A program made the position numbers and the translations under genes. Below are positions 12,774-24,652 of a stretch of DNA of 64,000 nucleotides, piece after piece. The DNA is taken from NCBI GenBank assembly GCA_965649825.1, contig OZ287717.1, positions 158,556 through 222,555 on the forward strand, written 5' to 3'. Position 1 is the stretch's first letter, and every line of letters starts with the position of its first letter. The notes under the pieces were generated by a model that saw nothing but the letters and a program-made list of their open reading frames with translations, did not search any database and was not told the origin of the DNA. This stretch comes from Penicillus capitatus (Eukaryota; Plantae; Chlorophyta).

Positions 12774-13906
12774 ATGTGCACCGCTATCTTCTCTTACGGC
12801 GTCCACTCTTCTTTGCTCTTCTTCCTCGCCTTTAATCGCGACGAGTACTTTAACAGGTGCCAAAACTTCCCGCGTGCCTTAATGGCGACTGTCTTGCTCA
12901 GAACGGTTAACGTAGGGCGTCTGCGAAAGCGCATGAATGGAAAGACCATCCAGGAGTTATCGCTCCGAGGGACCTCAAAAGAAAAGGCACATGGCTCGGA
13001 ATTTCCAAGAGCGGCAGAGTCGCCTTTCTGACGAACCTATTCAAGGCGAAGAGTAAACGCCGCGCGCCGCCGCTTCGAACTCTCTCCCGTCTCCTGACCC
13101 TGCGTTCACAAAAGAGACCGCCACGTTCGCGAGGGACTCTGCCGGTCGATTTCTTAACCGGGTCGCAAAAACCGTCTGAGTTCTTGAGTGTATGAATACC
13201 CTTCTCTCTGAGATTCCAAACGTCATGTCTCTCCTTAGGACGTGGAACTGGAAAACTATCCGTCCCTGAATCTTGTGTGCGGGCAACTGTTTGAAGAGCC
13301 CGAGATATCAACAACGAGTTCTCAGGGATGCCAAGGGTCATCCTCTCTCGAAGCAGGCATCTATGGTACGCTCTCATTCACTGTCCCCATACCTCACAAG
13401 ACAGTGTTCAGGACTGAGCAACGGTCCCATGGGCCAACCGAACTGGCACAAAGTGGAACACGGCAAGTCGGAACTGAAAAGTATCCTGGAAAGCGTCGGA
13501 AGAGGTAAGGCACACATCCCACTGTTCGGCACGTCGGTCAATGACGTGTCCGGTATAGAGAAGGAGCTTCCATGGGATGAGATTTTTGATCGAGTCATGG
13601 GCAGAACAGAAGCAGTCCCTTTAGGGGGACCTTTGCCGGGGACAGGTATTGGCGGCTGGATGGAACGCCGTCTCAGTGCTATGCGTGTTCTTCCATTCTG
13701 GAATTTCGATCGAAACGTACAGCTCTGTCTCTCAAGCGTTTCCCCATCGGAACGTGCGTTTCTCTGTCTTGAAGGGAGGTCTATGTGGTACGGTCTCACA
13801 GACACTGGTCGCCGTGTGGAAAGATCGTTCGGTGGAGATCAGAGAACGTATCTGGGACGCAGATGAACATTTCCAGCAGCATCGCTACGCGTTCTGCTGC
13901 GACTGA
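12774..13906 (+). CDS. TANGO2: TANGO2/NRDE (DUF833) family protein, copy A
   Basis: MCTAIFSYGVHSSLLFFLAFNRDEYFNR, WKDHPGVIAPRDL, GTWLG, GRVAFLTN, SRGTLPVDFL, GISN, YGTVSQTLV. Confidence 0.85.
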
Positions 13907-14289
13907 TTTGCCTTCGGGCTTTTATAAAGGCTTTTATGATCCATCCCTCATTATCATCCATCCTTTTCTATTGCCTTGAGATGTCGACACACAAACGACG
14001 AACCTTTATTTCGTCAGGAGTTCGACCTCTCTGGCGACGCTCCACGATTTAATACTCAAACTGCAAGTTGCAATAGATCAAACAAACAGGTCTACCGATA
14101 AGAGCACACTTTTTGGCTAGTGGGTTTCTCCTTCTAGACCAGAAGTCCTCTGAGGGACGCTGTTTGACTCGTATAAGGTAGACGAAAACGTGCGAAGCAC
14201 AGTTATCCACAGTTTAGTGATTCTAGTCGTGCACTCCCCATCTAGACGTGCACTTATCTTTTATTTCCAACGGGATTCTCAGTGAGCAG

Positions 14290-14370
14290 GAAGGGCATGG
14301 TTGCTCGATCATGGGACAAAAGAGTGACTAAGAAAGGCACGGTTGCTCAATCATGGGACAAAAGAGTGAC
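14290..14370. repeat. Two-copy 42-bp direct tandem repeat between the TANGO2 genes
   Basis: gaagggcatggttgctcgatcatgggacaaaagagtgactaa followed by gaaaggcacggttgctcaatcatgggacaaaagagtgac. Confidence 0.9.
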
Positions 14371-14475
14371 CAGCATATGTATGCGTTAGTATCTACTATT
14401 AAGAAGCGATAAAGGTTTTTTAATAAGCTGCGATTTCAAGTCGAACGCGACGGACTCGATGATGTCATTTACGTC

Positions 14476-15637
14476 ATGTGTACCGCCATTTTCGCCCTTG
14501 GCACGCATACGTCGCTGCTCTTCCTCTTGGCCTTCAACCGGGACGAATTCTTTGACAGGTGACGCACCCGCTGCGACGGACAGGCGACGCTACGAGGGTC
14601 TGTGTCAGGAACGCGGCCGGCGTGCACAGATGGACGGACAGACCTGGCATCGTGGCACCGAGAGATCTCGAACGTCAAGGAACGTGGCTGGGTCTCTCCG
14701 AAAGGGGCAGAGTCTCCTTCCTCACGAACATACGCGTGGTAGATCGCCATCGATCCCTGTCCCTTTCACCGACGGCGACGAAACCTGTGTGGTGCGCAGC
14801 CCCAACCGAAGAGATCTCCTCTCTCCAGAGGCATGCTCCCAGTGGAGTTTCTCGAAGGACAGCAGACACCGTTAGAGTTCCTGACGGTAAGGCTGTGGCT
14901 TTCTGCCGACGGAGAGGTGCATCTATTGGCTGTGTCAATGGCAGGGGCTCGATGTTCACGACTACTCACCTCTCAACCTGATGTGTGCTGATCTTTCGGA
15001 TCCGATGCAGCTCGGCATGTTCAGCTCGAAAGAAGAGGGAAAACCCTTCATCTTCGAGAAAGGCATCCACGGTCTCTTCGTCGACTGTGGGACCTGGCGC
15101 GGATCCGACGGTTGCGATGATGTCAGGTATCAGCAACGGCCGGCGAAATGACGCACGATGGTATAAGGTGGAACAAGGCAAGACACGACTGAAAGAGATC
15201 CTTGATCGCTTAGAGAAAGGTCCAGCCACATCTCTCCCTTTGCCGCCGCCATGTCGAAGGGCGGCGTGTCGTAGATGATGCGATTCCGTGGGATGACGTC
15301 TTTGAGCGCGTTCTGGGCAACAGCGATGAGGTGGACGTCGGGATGCCGTTGCCAGAGACGGGCGTCGAGGAATGGAGAGAGCGCAAGTTCAGTGCCATGC
15401 GCATCCTTCCTTTCTGGAACTTCGCTCCACCCGTACCCCTCTGCATCACCCTCTCCCTGCGGCCCTTCGTCGACGGGCTCTGTGAAGGGCGGATTGTATG
15501 GGACCGTTTCGCAGACGGTGGTGGCTGTATGGAGTCATGGCTTGGTGGAAGTCAAGGAACGTCTGTGGGATGCCGATCAGAGATGCAGCCACGGAGAAAT
15601 CGCCTTTCACTTGTCGAAACCCGTCACTGTCGTGTAA
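14476..15637 (+). CDS. TANGO2: TANGO2/NRDE (DUF833) family protein, copy B
   Basis: MCTAIFALGTHTSLLFLLAFNRDEFFDR, GTWLG, GRVSFLTN, SRGMLPVEFL, GISNG, YGTVSQTVV. Intron positions correspond to copy A. Confidence 0.85.
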
Positions 15638-15999
15638 ACGGCATCTGCCTGGAAGGGATTCCTCTTTCTGTAAGACAACTGATTGGCCATCGTGGTCTCT
15701 TCGCATCGGCGAGCAACCGTTCGATGGGTCGCCGGTCACCCAACGACAACTAGGCGCTTTTCTGCAAGCCAAACGCCGCGTGCGCGCTGCGCTTCGCCCC
15801 GTAGGACGTACAAAGACAAGCATAACAGAGCTGGTATCTGAATGCTTTGTACAGGAGTATTTGCGCTGTTAACCGTCGGTCTCTGAGAGAAACCACAGGG
15901 ACGATGCCCTCGGGAAGAAAAGCCAGAAGCTTTGCGTCGACGGTCGCCGAACGGCATCCCCTTCGCCTGGACACACTTGGCGAATCTTGCAAGACGTTC

Positions 16000-17026
16000 T
16001 TATCCTCTTCGCAGGCGCTTCGATTCAACATCGTCGCTGTCATCCGCGTCAGCCAGCGGTATTTCTGACGACTCCGCCTCGGTGCGTCGACCGAGGCACG
16101 AGGCATTCGATCGATCACACGCCCCCGTGACGTTCCTCACCCATACGACGGTTTGGCAAGGTTCTGCATATCGAGGTCGTCTGGCCATGACGTATCCATC
16201 CTGCCTGTACCGACAAAAAAGATCCAAACACAATACGTCATCCGTTGTGGCGTACGGTTCTCGCATGCCGTCCACCGAGTGAAGATAATCCTTCAAAGCC
16301 GGAAGGAATGGAGAGGCCGGATACAACAGAGAAAAGCGAGCGACAACGCGTGTCGACGGATAGCGTTCGGTTCGGCGACGGGTGAACTGCCTCACCAGAT
16401 ACGGTGCACGTGGGAAACGCACCAAGGATGCATGGATTCCCGAGACCTTGGCCACAGAAGGGATGTCCCTAGACAGCGCGCCGACAGCAATGCGGCCGTC
16501 GTGCCTCGTTGGACGTCTCGCAACGTGGCGTAGGTACAGGTCACTGCTAGACGTCATGGAGGTATCTGACAGACATAACGTGAAGTACGTCCTCGTCTGA
16601 CGGTTCCTCTCCACTACAGGTACCTTCCTCCGTTGTGTCGATCGAACCGCTCACGGTCGGTTTGCTGAGAGCAGATCGGAGAGATGATCTGCATAACCAA
16701 TGCCATTTTGGGCCGAATACCTCGATCCCATGTGTCTCACCACTTGGCCGTTGCCTCGGATCTGAGAGATCTGCGAGCACGGTTCCCCCAATGCAGCAAG
16801 ATCGTCCCATGCCTGACCCATGCCAAACGCAGGGGCTGTGCTCATAGCGTCCATACGTCGACAGGACAGGTACGTATGGAGATGCGCCTGGTCAGATGGC
16901 TGGTTGATTGCGTTATCGATGTCAATAGACATGCATCGATCGACTGAGGGCAGGATGATCTTTCTTGTCAAACCGTCTGACTGTCCTTCCACATCGAACG
17001 AGGCCTGTCATCTTCGACTGCCCCAT
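16000..17026 (-). CDS. Hypothetical multi-exon gene; boundaries uncertain
   Basis: 204-aa ORF 16000-16614 plus upstream exons linked by GT-AG-like short introns; possible start MGQSKM at 17026. No family recognised. Confidence 0.3.
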
Positions 17027-17551
17027 GGTTCAGCGATCGCCCGGCGGTTTCGACTGCAGATGGTGCGGAGAGGCCAGCCGGTGCTGTCCGCTTGAGTGCG
17101 AGCACCACGCTGTACTGCTGGGCAGCAAGTGGCGTGGGTCGCTGATGCGGTTGGATCGGTTGGATAGCGACACGGGTGCGCTGTTATTGGTCCGGTCCCG
17201 ACTCGACGGATGGAGACTTGTAGTGATGCCGTGGACGTTGTTCTTATCTTGTTCATTCCGCCTACCAGAAGCCGTTTACGTATCACCATCTTGCCCAAAC
17301 CTAGCACCACCCTCTCCGCGACTAGCACGTTTCCAGTAGCCCTGCTTACGTGTGTTTACGACTAGTACTCCTCTCCGAAAGGGACGACACCGTAAGCAAC
17401 TCCTGCTAGCAGGTGTATCCATCCATTTGAAAAAGAAGAAGAACCGTTGTCGGTAAGCACTATACTTCAGCGAGCGTCGCGCGTTGTTTCTATCGAATTC
17501 TCCGTTTCGCCGCGTCCTTTCTGTGGTCGACGGCTTTCTCCATCTCTCTCT

Positions 17552-19555
17552 ATGTCTAGGTTAACGAAGTCGACGATCAACATGTCGCGTAAGAACGAAA
17601 AAAACGAACCTTTGCCCATTACTGACGGAACCGATAGCCGGTGTTCCGTCGGGCCCGATGTGTCCTTACGAATTCTAGTGCCGGCCTCGCGCGCTGGAAG
17701 CATCATTGGCAAGGTAGCCGCCGCGGGTCACTCCGTCGAAGTCACGCACGAAGTTTGTGCTGCAGGGTGGTGAATACATACAATCCCTTCGCCAAGATTC
17801 CGGCGCCAAAATCAAAATCGCCAATACGATGCCCGGCTGTGAAGAAAGAGCCGTCCACATCTCTTCACCCGATAGGTAGGAAAATTGACCCCTGACCCAC
17901 TGCCACTCAACAACCCTATCTCTCATGGAATGCAGTGAAGAGAACATGGTACCGGCGCAGCACGCCTTAGTCCGTATGCTTCATCGGATTTTCGCTGATG
18001 AGATCGATAATGAAGGCGGAGCGACAAAGGTCTCTGTCCGAATGTTAGTCGACAACTCTCAAGTGGGGCCCATCCTCGGAAAAGGAGGAGCCACGATCAA
18101 TTCCATGCGCGAGAAATCCGGAGCAGTCATCAAGGTCATACAAGGCGCATCCGATCTCCCTGTCTTCCGAGGCCTCACAGATGAGCTCGTGCAAGTAAGC
18201 CAGCCGCCATCGACAAGGAGACAGACAGATGCTGGATCGATGTGTGTGTGTGCAGATTACTGGCGAATTCGACAAAGTGATCGTTGCTGTCAACCTTGTG
18301 TCTGCATGTCTTCGAGAGAATCCTCCACGTGTTCGTCCTGGGATGTCCTCTCCCGGGTCCTTTCCTCGTCCAATGGGTAGCATGGCCATGCTCTTCCCAG
18401 TCCCTCCCGGTCTAACAAGCGTTATCCAATCAACTTCTGGCTTCCTATTTGGCTTCAACGGCCTAGTCGAGGCGCAGTACAGAATGCTTGTTCCCGACAA
18501 CAAGGTCGGCTGCGTCATCGGCAAGGGGGGAGACGTGATTCGCCAGATTAGAGAAGAAACCAAAGCTCGCGTTATAGTGTTCAATCCAACAGAAGGCTGT
18601 GAGGAACGCGTCGTGATGTGCCGATCCATGGATGAAGCACCGACACTCATCTGCTCTGCTCAAGAGGCTCTCTGCAGATGTCTGTATTCACTGATCATGG
18701 AGGAAGATCGCAGCTCAGGAGGACAGCACACAGTTCAATTGCTCGTGCAACAAGATCAGGTAGGTGCAGTGCTAGGCAAAAGAGGATCCGTTATCAAGTA
18801 CGGTCAACGACAGCTTCTCTGTGGATAGCTGATGGTGGTGGTGGGTGTGATGGCAGAGAGATACAGATGCATACCGGAGCAAAATTGATTGTACAAAATG
18901 AGGATCTACCTAGTTGTGCTAACGATGAAGACGAAATCCTAGAAATCAAAGGGCGTGCTCAATCCGTCATGCAGGCCGTTCAAACCTGTTGTTGTTTAAT
19001 GCGTGTCAACATGGCTAGATCCCAAGCTAAAGAAGCATCTGCTGCTATGGGCGGTGCCACAACTCAAGAGAACTTGGGCGGTGGTCATCGCGGCATGGAA
19101 ATGCTGCATCATATGAACTCGCTCATGGGCATTGGAGGCATGGGTGTGATGCAACGACCCGGAATGCCAATGGGTTATGGATCTCCAATGATGGCACACA
19201 ACTTCTTGCCTCCTAGAGGGAACATGGTCATGATGAATGGCGGTTCCAACAACTCTACACAGGCTGTGATGAAACTTGGTCTCACATCTGCGCAAGTGGG
19301 TGCGGTGATCGGATCCGGAGGTCAGAACATCAACCAAATTCGACAGGTATCCCTCGAGGCCTTTCGGTATGTATGGCAGCGTTGGTGCAGATCTCCTGTG
19401 CTCGGGTGAAATTACATGGCAAGGAAGACAACTGTGCTGAAAGGGAACTGGAGATAACGGGTTCGACAGAGCAATGTCAAGCAGCCCAAAATCTTGTTCA
19501 AGCGTTCCTGCTGGCTGGGGGAGCGCCGCCACAAGTCAAGATCATCTCCGCCTGA
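17552..19555 (+). CDS. Multi-KH-domain RNA-binding protein (PCBP/HEN4/PEPPER-like, 5 KH repeats)
   Basis: Five KH loop motifs: AGSIIGK|GG, VGPILGKGG, VGCVIGKGG, VGAVLGKRG, VGAVIGSGG. GT-AG introns. Confidence 0.85.
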
Positions 19556-21274
19556 TTGTGTCGTTTAAACCAACCCCATTCATCCGTCGTCCTGTTCCGT
19601 TCATATCCACGACTGACTGACGCTGTCTGTCTCCAACCCATTCATTCCGCGTATCACATCCCCTCTCTTTTCTTCTTACCTCATAAAGACTAAATAATTC
19701 CGGCATGCTTAATCCAACGATGGATTTTCCTTACTGTTCCATTCGCAAATGGCTGTTAGGAAGGTCAGTGATCTTCAGTCAGTTTTTACTTCTTGTGGGG
19801 ATTGAGGAACGCAAGTGAGAACGATATACAGTTTTGGGTGAATGAGCTCGTCCTATTCATCGCTAACTAGGAACGGGGTGTCGGTGTGATCGTTTAACTG
19901 TCCATTGCTGATCGAAATCATACGAGCGCTCATTCTTTGAAATAATAAGACGTCTGCACTCTGAGCATGGACCAGGATTTCATTTTGTCTGGATTTCAAC
20001 TTGTTTCTCGTAGATGTGCTTGCTTGCTTACGTGCTGCTCTTGCTCTACAGATGCTGTTATGTTTCTATTGTCATGTCATGTCCAGTCAGAACCCAGCAT
20101 CCCCAATGAGAAGAAGAACACGAAGCTTCCAAGAACTGAGCTTAACTAGAGAAGCATGCATATACGTTTGTGTTTTCTTCAAGAAGTTCTCTCTCTCGTT
20201 CGACGACGATAACAACAACAACAACAATAAGGCCATGCACGTCATCCTCGCTCTGAATCTTGGTAAAGGCTGCAGCAGTTTTCAATAAAAATGTGATAGA
20301 TTGCAGGATCGTCCTGTTCGATTCAATGTCACATGATGTATCATCAGCACCATGCTACTACGACGTCGAAGACAACGACCGCTCTTAGCAGCCAGTGTTG
20401 CCGTGTATGTCAGTCACTGTATGTACTGTTACTGTACCTGCGACCTGCTAGGACCTACCTACCTACCTCTATCTACTGAATTCCTGCCATGGCGTTTCTC
20501 ACTGATATATTTCTTGTACTGTCCTGTCGTCGTTGATGATGATGTTTGCCATTTCCAAAACTGTTGAAGAGATTAGAAGACAATCAACGCATTGAGACCA
20601 AAAGTGTGCAACAACAACATCAATCGTAGATGATCTTATTTTCTTGGCTGATCGACTCACGGATCATTACGTGCGCTACTCCTTTACTGATGGCGACAGC
20701 GAGAGAGCGATCATTATGCACGACACTTACTGCCGACAATAGACGAGGGTTGTTTGTTTCATCGATCGATCGACCGATCTGTTTGCTTGCTTGTTTGTTC
20801 GTTCGTTTATGTATCAGAACCGGTGTTCTTCTGTGGGTTATCGTTATTATCTCTTTAATTGATTTGGAGCACGAACTCTCGGCCTACTAAGAAAAGCTGT
20901 ATACCAACAACCTCAAAGTCAATCAACAGATTGCCCAGTTAGAGGGCTGGAGGTGGCGTTGCATCATACCAAGCTCATATATCACGGAATGACTTGTACT
21001 TGGGGACAGCCATGCGCAAGGGACACCGTTCTGCTGGATAGAAACGATTGCAGAGGGATGGAGCATGATGATAGACACATTAACTGCACAAACTGTCGCG
21101 CTCACTGAAGAGGGTCGCTGACAGCAATAAAGCTTACAACAAAGACAGCATATGCAGTTTGCTTTTTTTGTATCTCACGTTCAATGACGCGGTAGAGTCT
21201 GATTCCGAGGGCAACCGCTTGTCTGCCTGGAAACAGAGTTCAAAGACATAAGTGTGTTGAACAGGAATTCTGCT

Positions 21275-21776
21275 TTAATGTCGATGGGTTGCAGAAGGAC
21301 CATCCTCCGTCGCATCTTTCAACGTCCTCAGCAGATTCGACACCTCGCGTCCCATCGCCAACGCACGATCCGATACATTCTCTGAACCCCCTGCCAACAG
21401 ACCGCTCTCTAACTGCACCTACATATGACGGCCGCCGCCATCTGCGCCATCGCTGCGGGGGAAGACACACGCTGAGGAGCTTCTGTGTTAGATCTGGCGA
21501 CAGCTGCAGGAGACGTCGCATCACATCCGCGCGCAGACGTGTGACGCGCTGCAACGTTGATAGGAGGGATCGCTGTCGCGATGGGTCATCGTCGAGATGC
21601 GTCGTGAGGAAAGACGTCACTTCGTCCAGTCCATGCGTCGTCTCCGGCGACCATCCCGCCTGCGCGACAAACCGCCGACGTCGGACGCGTTGCATTCCAG
21701 CGTCTCCCGCCTACCAATTCGTACAGCAGCGCCTCCGCGTCTTCTTCCTGCGGCGGCGCGGCGCTCGCGTCCATCT
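21275..21776 (-). CDS. Small hypothetical helical protein (about 130 aa, 2 introns)
   Basis: Two phase-0 GT-AG introns join MDASAAPPQEEDAEALLYEL|AGWSPETT...TQKLLS|VQLESG...ATHRH into one open frame. Confidence 0.5.
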
Positions 21777-21818
21777 CGTGCAAAATGCTTGATGTGACAG
21801 GCAGGTCCAGTCGATCAG

Positions 21819-22855
21819 TCAGTCGACAAGGGAATCGGGATCGGCCTTTGGAAAGACGACATTGACGTCCTCGTAATCTTCCATTCGGTAAGGATTTGGC
21901 GGATCCGGTTTGATATACGAGTCCGGTTCCCACGCGTCTTTTCGCAAGACCTCCGATAGCTCCTCCAAAAACTCGTCCGATACGTGCCCCTCCACTTCCG
22001 TCGGCAGCACAATCTTCAAATAGTTCACCGCCGCTCGCAGCGTTCTGGGATGGCTGACGAGATCCATGACGTTCAGTTTCTTGCCCTGATCGTTCACCGG
22101 CAGCTTCTTGTACTCTTCCGCAATCCACGGATCGATATCCCACACCGTCGGTTCCTTCATCGAAAAGATCTTCCAGATGTCTTTCGCTTTCGCCCCCGGG
22201 CCCAATGCCTCTTTCAGCGTCTTCTCACGGATCTCCGGATTCCGCAGGGCAATCGGCAAATCTTCATCTCGCAACGGAACGTTCTCTTCCGTCCACCTCA
22301 GCGCCTTCGCCTCCTATATCACTCTTTTATACTCATGCCTGATTTGGCAAAAGAGTGAGAGTGGGTGGTAGGTACCCTTGAGTTGTCTTCTTTGTCTGCG
22401 CGGAGAACGGAGAAATCGATTTTGTCCACCTTATTAGTAAAGGGATTTTGGAACTCAAACACATCCGGCAGACACTCGAGATCGATGTCGCCGTCTTCGA
22501 GATCTGGCCGTTCGGGATTGAACTGTGGCGGCTCGACGTACTTCCCAAGTGTGACCATCTTCGTATCGAAGGAGACACATTTTTCCAGCTCCTTCTTCAG
22601 TTTGCTGTCGTCTCTGCGACGCGGCCGCGTTCGAATGTGACGCTTCTCGACGTCGGCACTCGCATCGACCGTCTCCTTGAACGGCGCCACGTGTTCCTTC
22701 GGCGCTTTCTTGCGATAGGCAGTCGGTCGCGGGCGGCGGCGGCGGCCGCCGCTCTCTGCGGGGTTATCTACTATCACTTCGCGAACGCCTCCGATGGGCA
22801 CCGCGGCAAAGCGCCGGACTTGTCCAGCGACGTACGACAAAACGCAACGACGCAT
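21819..22855 (-). CDS. Hypothetical protein with a mitochondrial-presequence-like N-terminus
   Basis: ORFs 22319-22900 and 21819-22274 join through one GT-AG intron. N-terminus MRRCVLSYVAGQVRRFAAV is Arg-rich and acid-free. Confidence 0.55.
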
Positions 22856-22869
22856 GATTGCATAAGTCG

Positions 22870-23180
22870 ATGCAGGTCGACAGCCTTCCGTCCAAAGCAA
22901 ACGAAGACATGTGTGCGTATCTCTTCGCCTCTTCGCTGCGATGCACGTACCCGTTCGCGTTGTTATGTACGACGTCGGTGTGGGTCAGGTCTGGAACGCT
23001 ATCCAGAAGACAAAGAGAAATGCCAGGAGCAGTTCGATGCCTATAAAGCCTGTCGCAAGGCGGAGGTCGGTACGGTGTTTGTCGTCGATCTGACGCACGG
23101 CGTCGGTCTCGCAGGTTCTGACGCGACGCGAGCGGCGCTTGGAGAAGGCGAAAGCGATGGAGAGTCGGCGGCGGCAATGA
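22870..23180 (+). CDS. Twin CX9C (CHCH) mitochondrial intermembrane-space protein, COX23/COX19-like
   Basis: Spliced product CAYLFASSLRC-LERYPEDKEK-CQEQFDAYKAC gives CX9C-X10-CX9C. First intron 22943-22988 is GC-AG. Confidence 0.75.
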
Positions 23181-23185
23181 GACCA

Positions 23186-24370
23186 TCACTCGGTATCTGA
23201 TCCTTCCTTGCGGGTCATCTCGTTGGGCAAACTGAAAGTGGATGCTTTTATGTCCATGCGGAACCGTTTTCTGATTGGAGGCTCTTGGCCGAAGAGCCGG
23301 AGGCCATGGGATGGGGTGTGTGGCGGCGGCGGTCGCTTTTTCGTATGCCATCGATAGAAACGCGCTGCGGTGCATTGCTGCTGCTCCCAGTCGAAACGAA
23401 AACGTCCGTCGCGGATGGCATCGGAGAGATCTTGGATGAAAGACCAACGCTCCATACCCTGACGTCTTTTCGGCCAGCGAGTGTTCTTTCGCCGTGATGT
23501 GACAGGCGCCGGGCCGCGAAACGCCCACTGCGTCTTGAGAAACTGAAGAACGGTATCGATGGGATCGTGCCTTGACCCATCGCCTCGATCCTCCACATAG
23601 AGATGCGCACGACGGGGCAGGGGGAGGATCTCGGGATGGTGATAGAATCGCCGAATGGATGACGGTACCCAGTGATCGCCACACTTCTGACTCCACATGT
23701 GTGTCCACTCCCGCCGCCATGCCTCACGAAAACGATTCCTCTCCTTGCGCCGCCGACCAGACGACATCCACACCTTCCTTCGAAAAACGCCGTAGGGGCG
23801 ATGCGCTTCGCTCAGGCCATCGCCAAACGGCAGCGTTCGGAATTCGACACGAGGAGATGGCGGCTGGCGATCCGCCTCTGCCTCGGGCATGCTTGGAAGC
23901 GACGGGGAAGATGTCATGTCATCGTGGTCTTCCATCTCGGCCAGTCTCTGATCCACGTACTCAGCAAAGATCTCGATCGGCACGCCGTCGATCGTCGTCT
24001 CTTGTGGCGGCGCTGGCGGCGCCGGCAGCGATAGGCGTTCGGAAATGGAGCTGTGCAGGATCTCGTCTGGACCAAACTCCTTCTTGCGGACTTGGACGCG
24101 AATGGAACGTCGTCGAAAGGCACCGACGTTCAGAAAAGCAGATCGCCATCTCTTGGAACTCGGATCCGGCTCGACCGCACGGCGTTTGTGCTCGTGGCCT
24201 AGGATGGACCCCAGTACACCACTGTCCTTTACAAACTCGCCACGTTCGATGCGTTCCAACTCAACCCGGACGATCCGTTCGTGCGGTCGCGGTTTCCAGG
24301 AATGGAGGCACGCCACGAGGGACGTAAGGCGCGTTGGATTGAGACGGCAGGACAGGAGAAGGCGGTGCAT
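23186..24370 (-). CDS. Intronless hypothetical protein (about 394 aa), possibly mitochondrial
   Basis: Single long ORF; basic, hydrophobic N-terminus MHRLLLSCRLNPTRL. No family recognised. Confidence 0.55.
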   Translation of the reverse strand: MHRLLLSCRLNPTRLTSLVACLHSWKPRPHERIVRVELERIERGEFVKDSGVLGSILGHEHKRRAVEPDPSSKRWRSAFLNVGAFRRRSIRVQVRKKEFGPDEILHSSISERLSLPAPPAPPQETTIDGVPIEIFAEYVDQRLAEMEDHDDMTSSPSLPSMPEAEADRQPPSPRVEFRTLPFGDGLSEAHRPYGVFRRKVWMSSGRRRKERNRFREAWRREWTHMWSQKCGDHWVPSSIRRFYHHPEILPLPRRAHLYVEDRGDGSRHDPIDTVLQFLKTQWAFRGPAPVTSRRKNTRWPKRRQGMERWSFIQDLSDAIRDGRFRFDWEQQQCTAARFYRWHTKKRPPPPHTPSHGLRLFGQEPPIRKRFRMDIKASTFSLPNEMTRKEGSDTE

Positions 24371-24652
24371 GGACACGTCAACGTCTGGATATGCGCTGCA
24401 TTTTGGCAGAAGTTAACCTCCGTGGTATTATTGTCATCCACCTCTTGATATCTTTCTTCGCAACGCTATTGTTCCTTCGATACGCTGTCGACTACCGTTC
24501 GCGTGTTTCTGCCGCATTCCCGTGACTCTCTCCGAACGCAAGTGCTTGACGCGGAGACGCAGAAGGAACGGTTATCTGCCGCAGCAGTCGCAACAACAGC
24601 GATTTTATCGCACGACTTCGCTAACACGACTTCTTTCCACGACAAACGTCCC

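Noticed and set aside
13046-13114. Possible GC-AG intron in TANGO2 copy A
   Set aside because: The segment is 69 nt, in frame and stop-free, so it could be coding; it cannot be decided without transcripts.
14290-14370. Tandem repeats here and at 38521 and 63832 as CRISPR-like arrays
   Set aside because: The units are contiguous with no unique spacers, there are no cas genes, and the context is eukaryotic.
21275-21776. Mis12-like kinetochore protein identity
   Set aside because: Only a vague N-terminal and helical resemblance; left as hypothetical.
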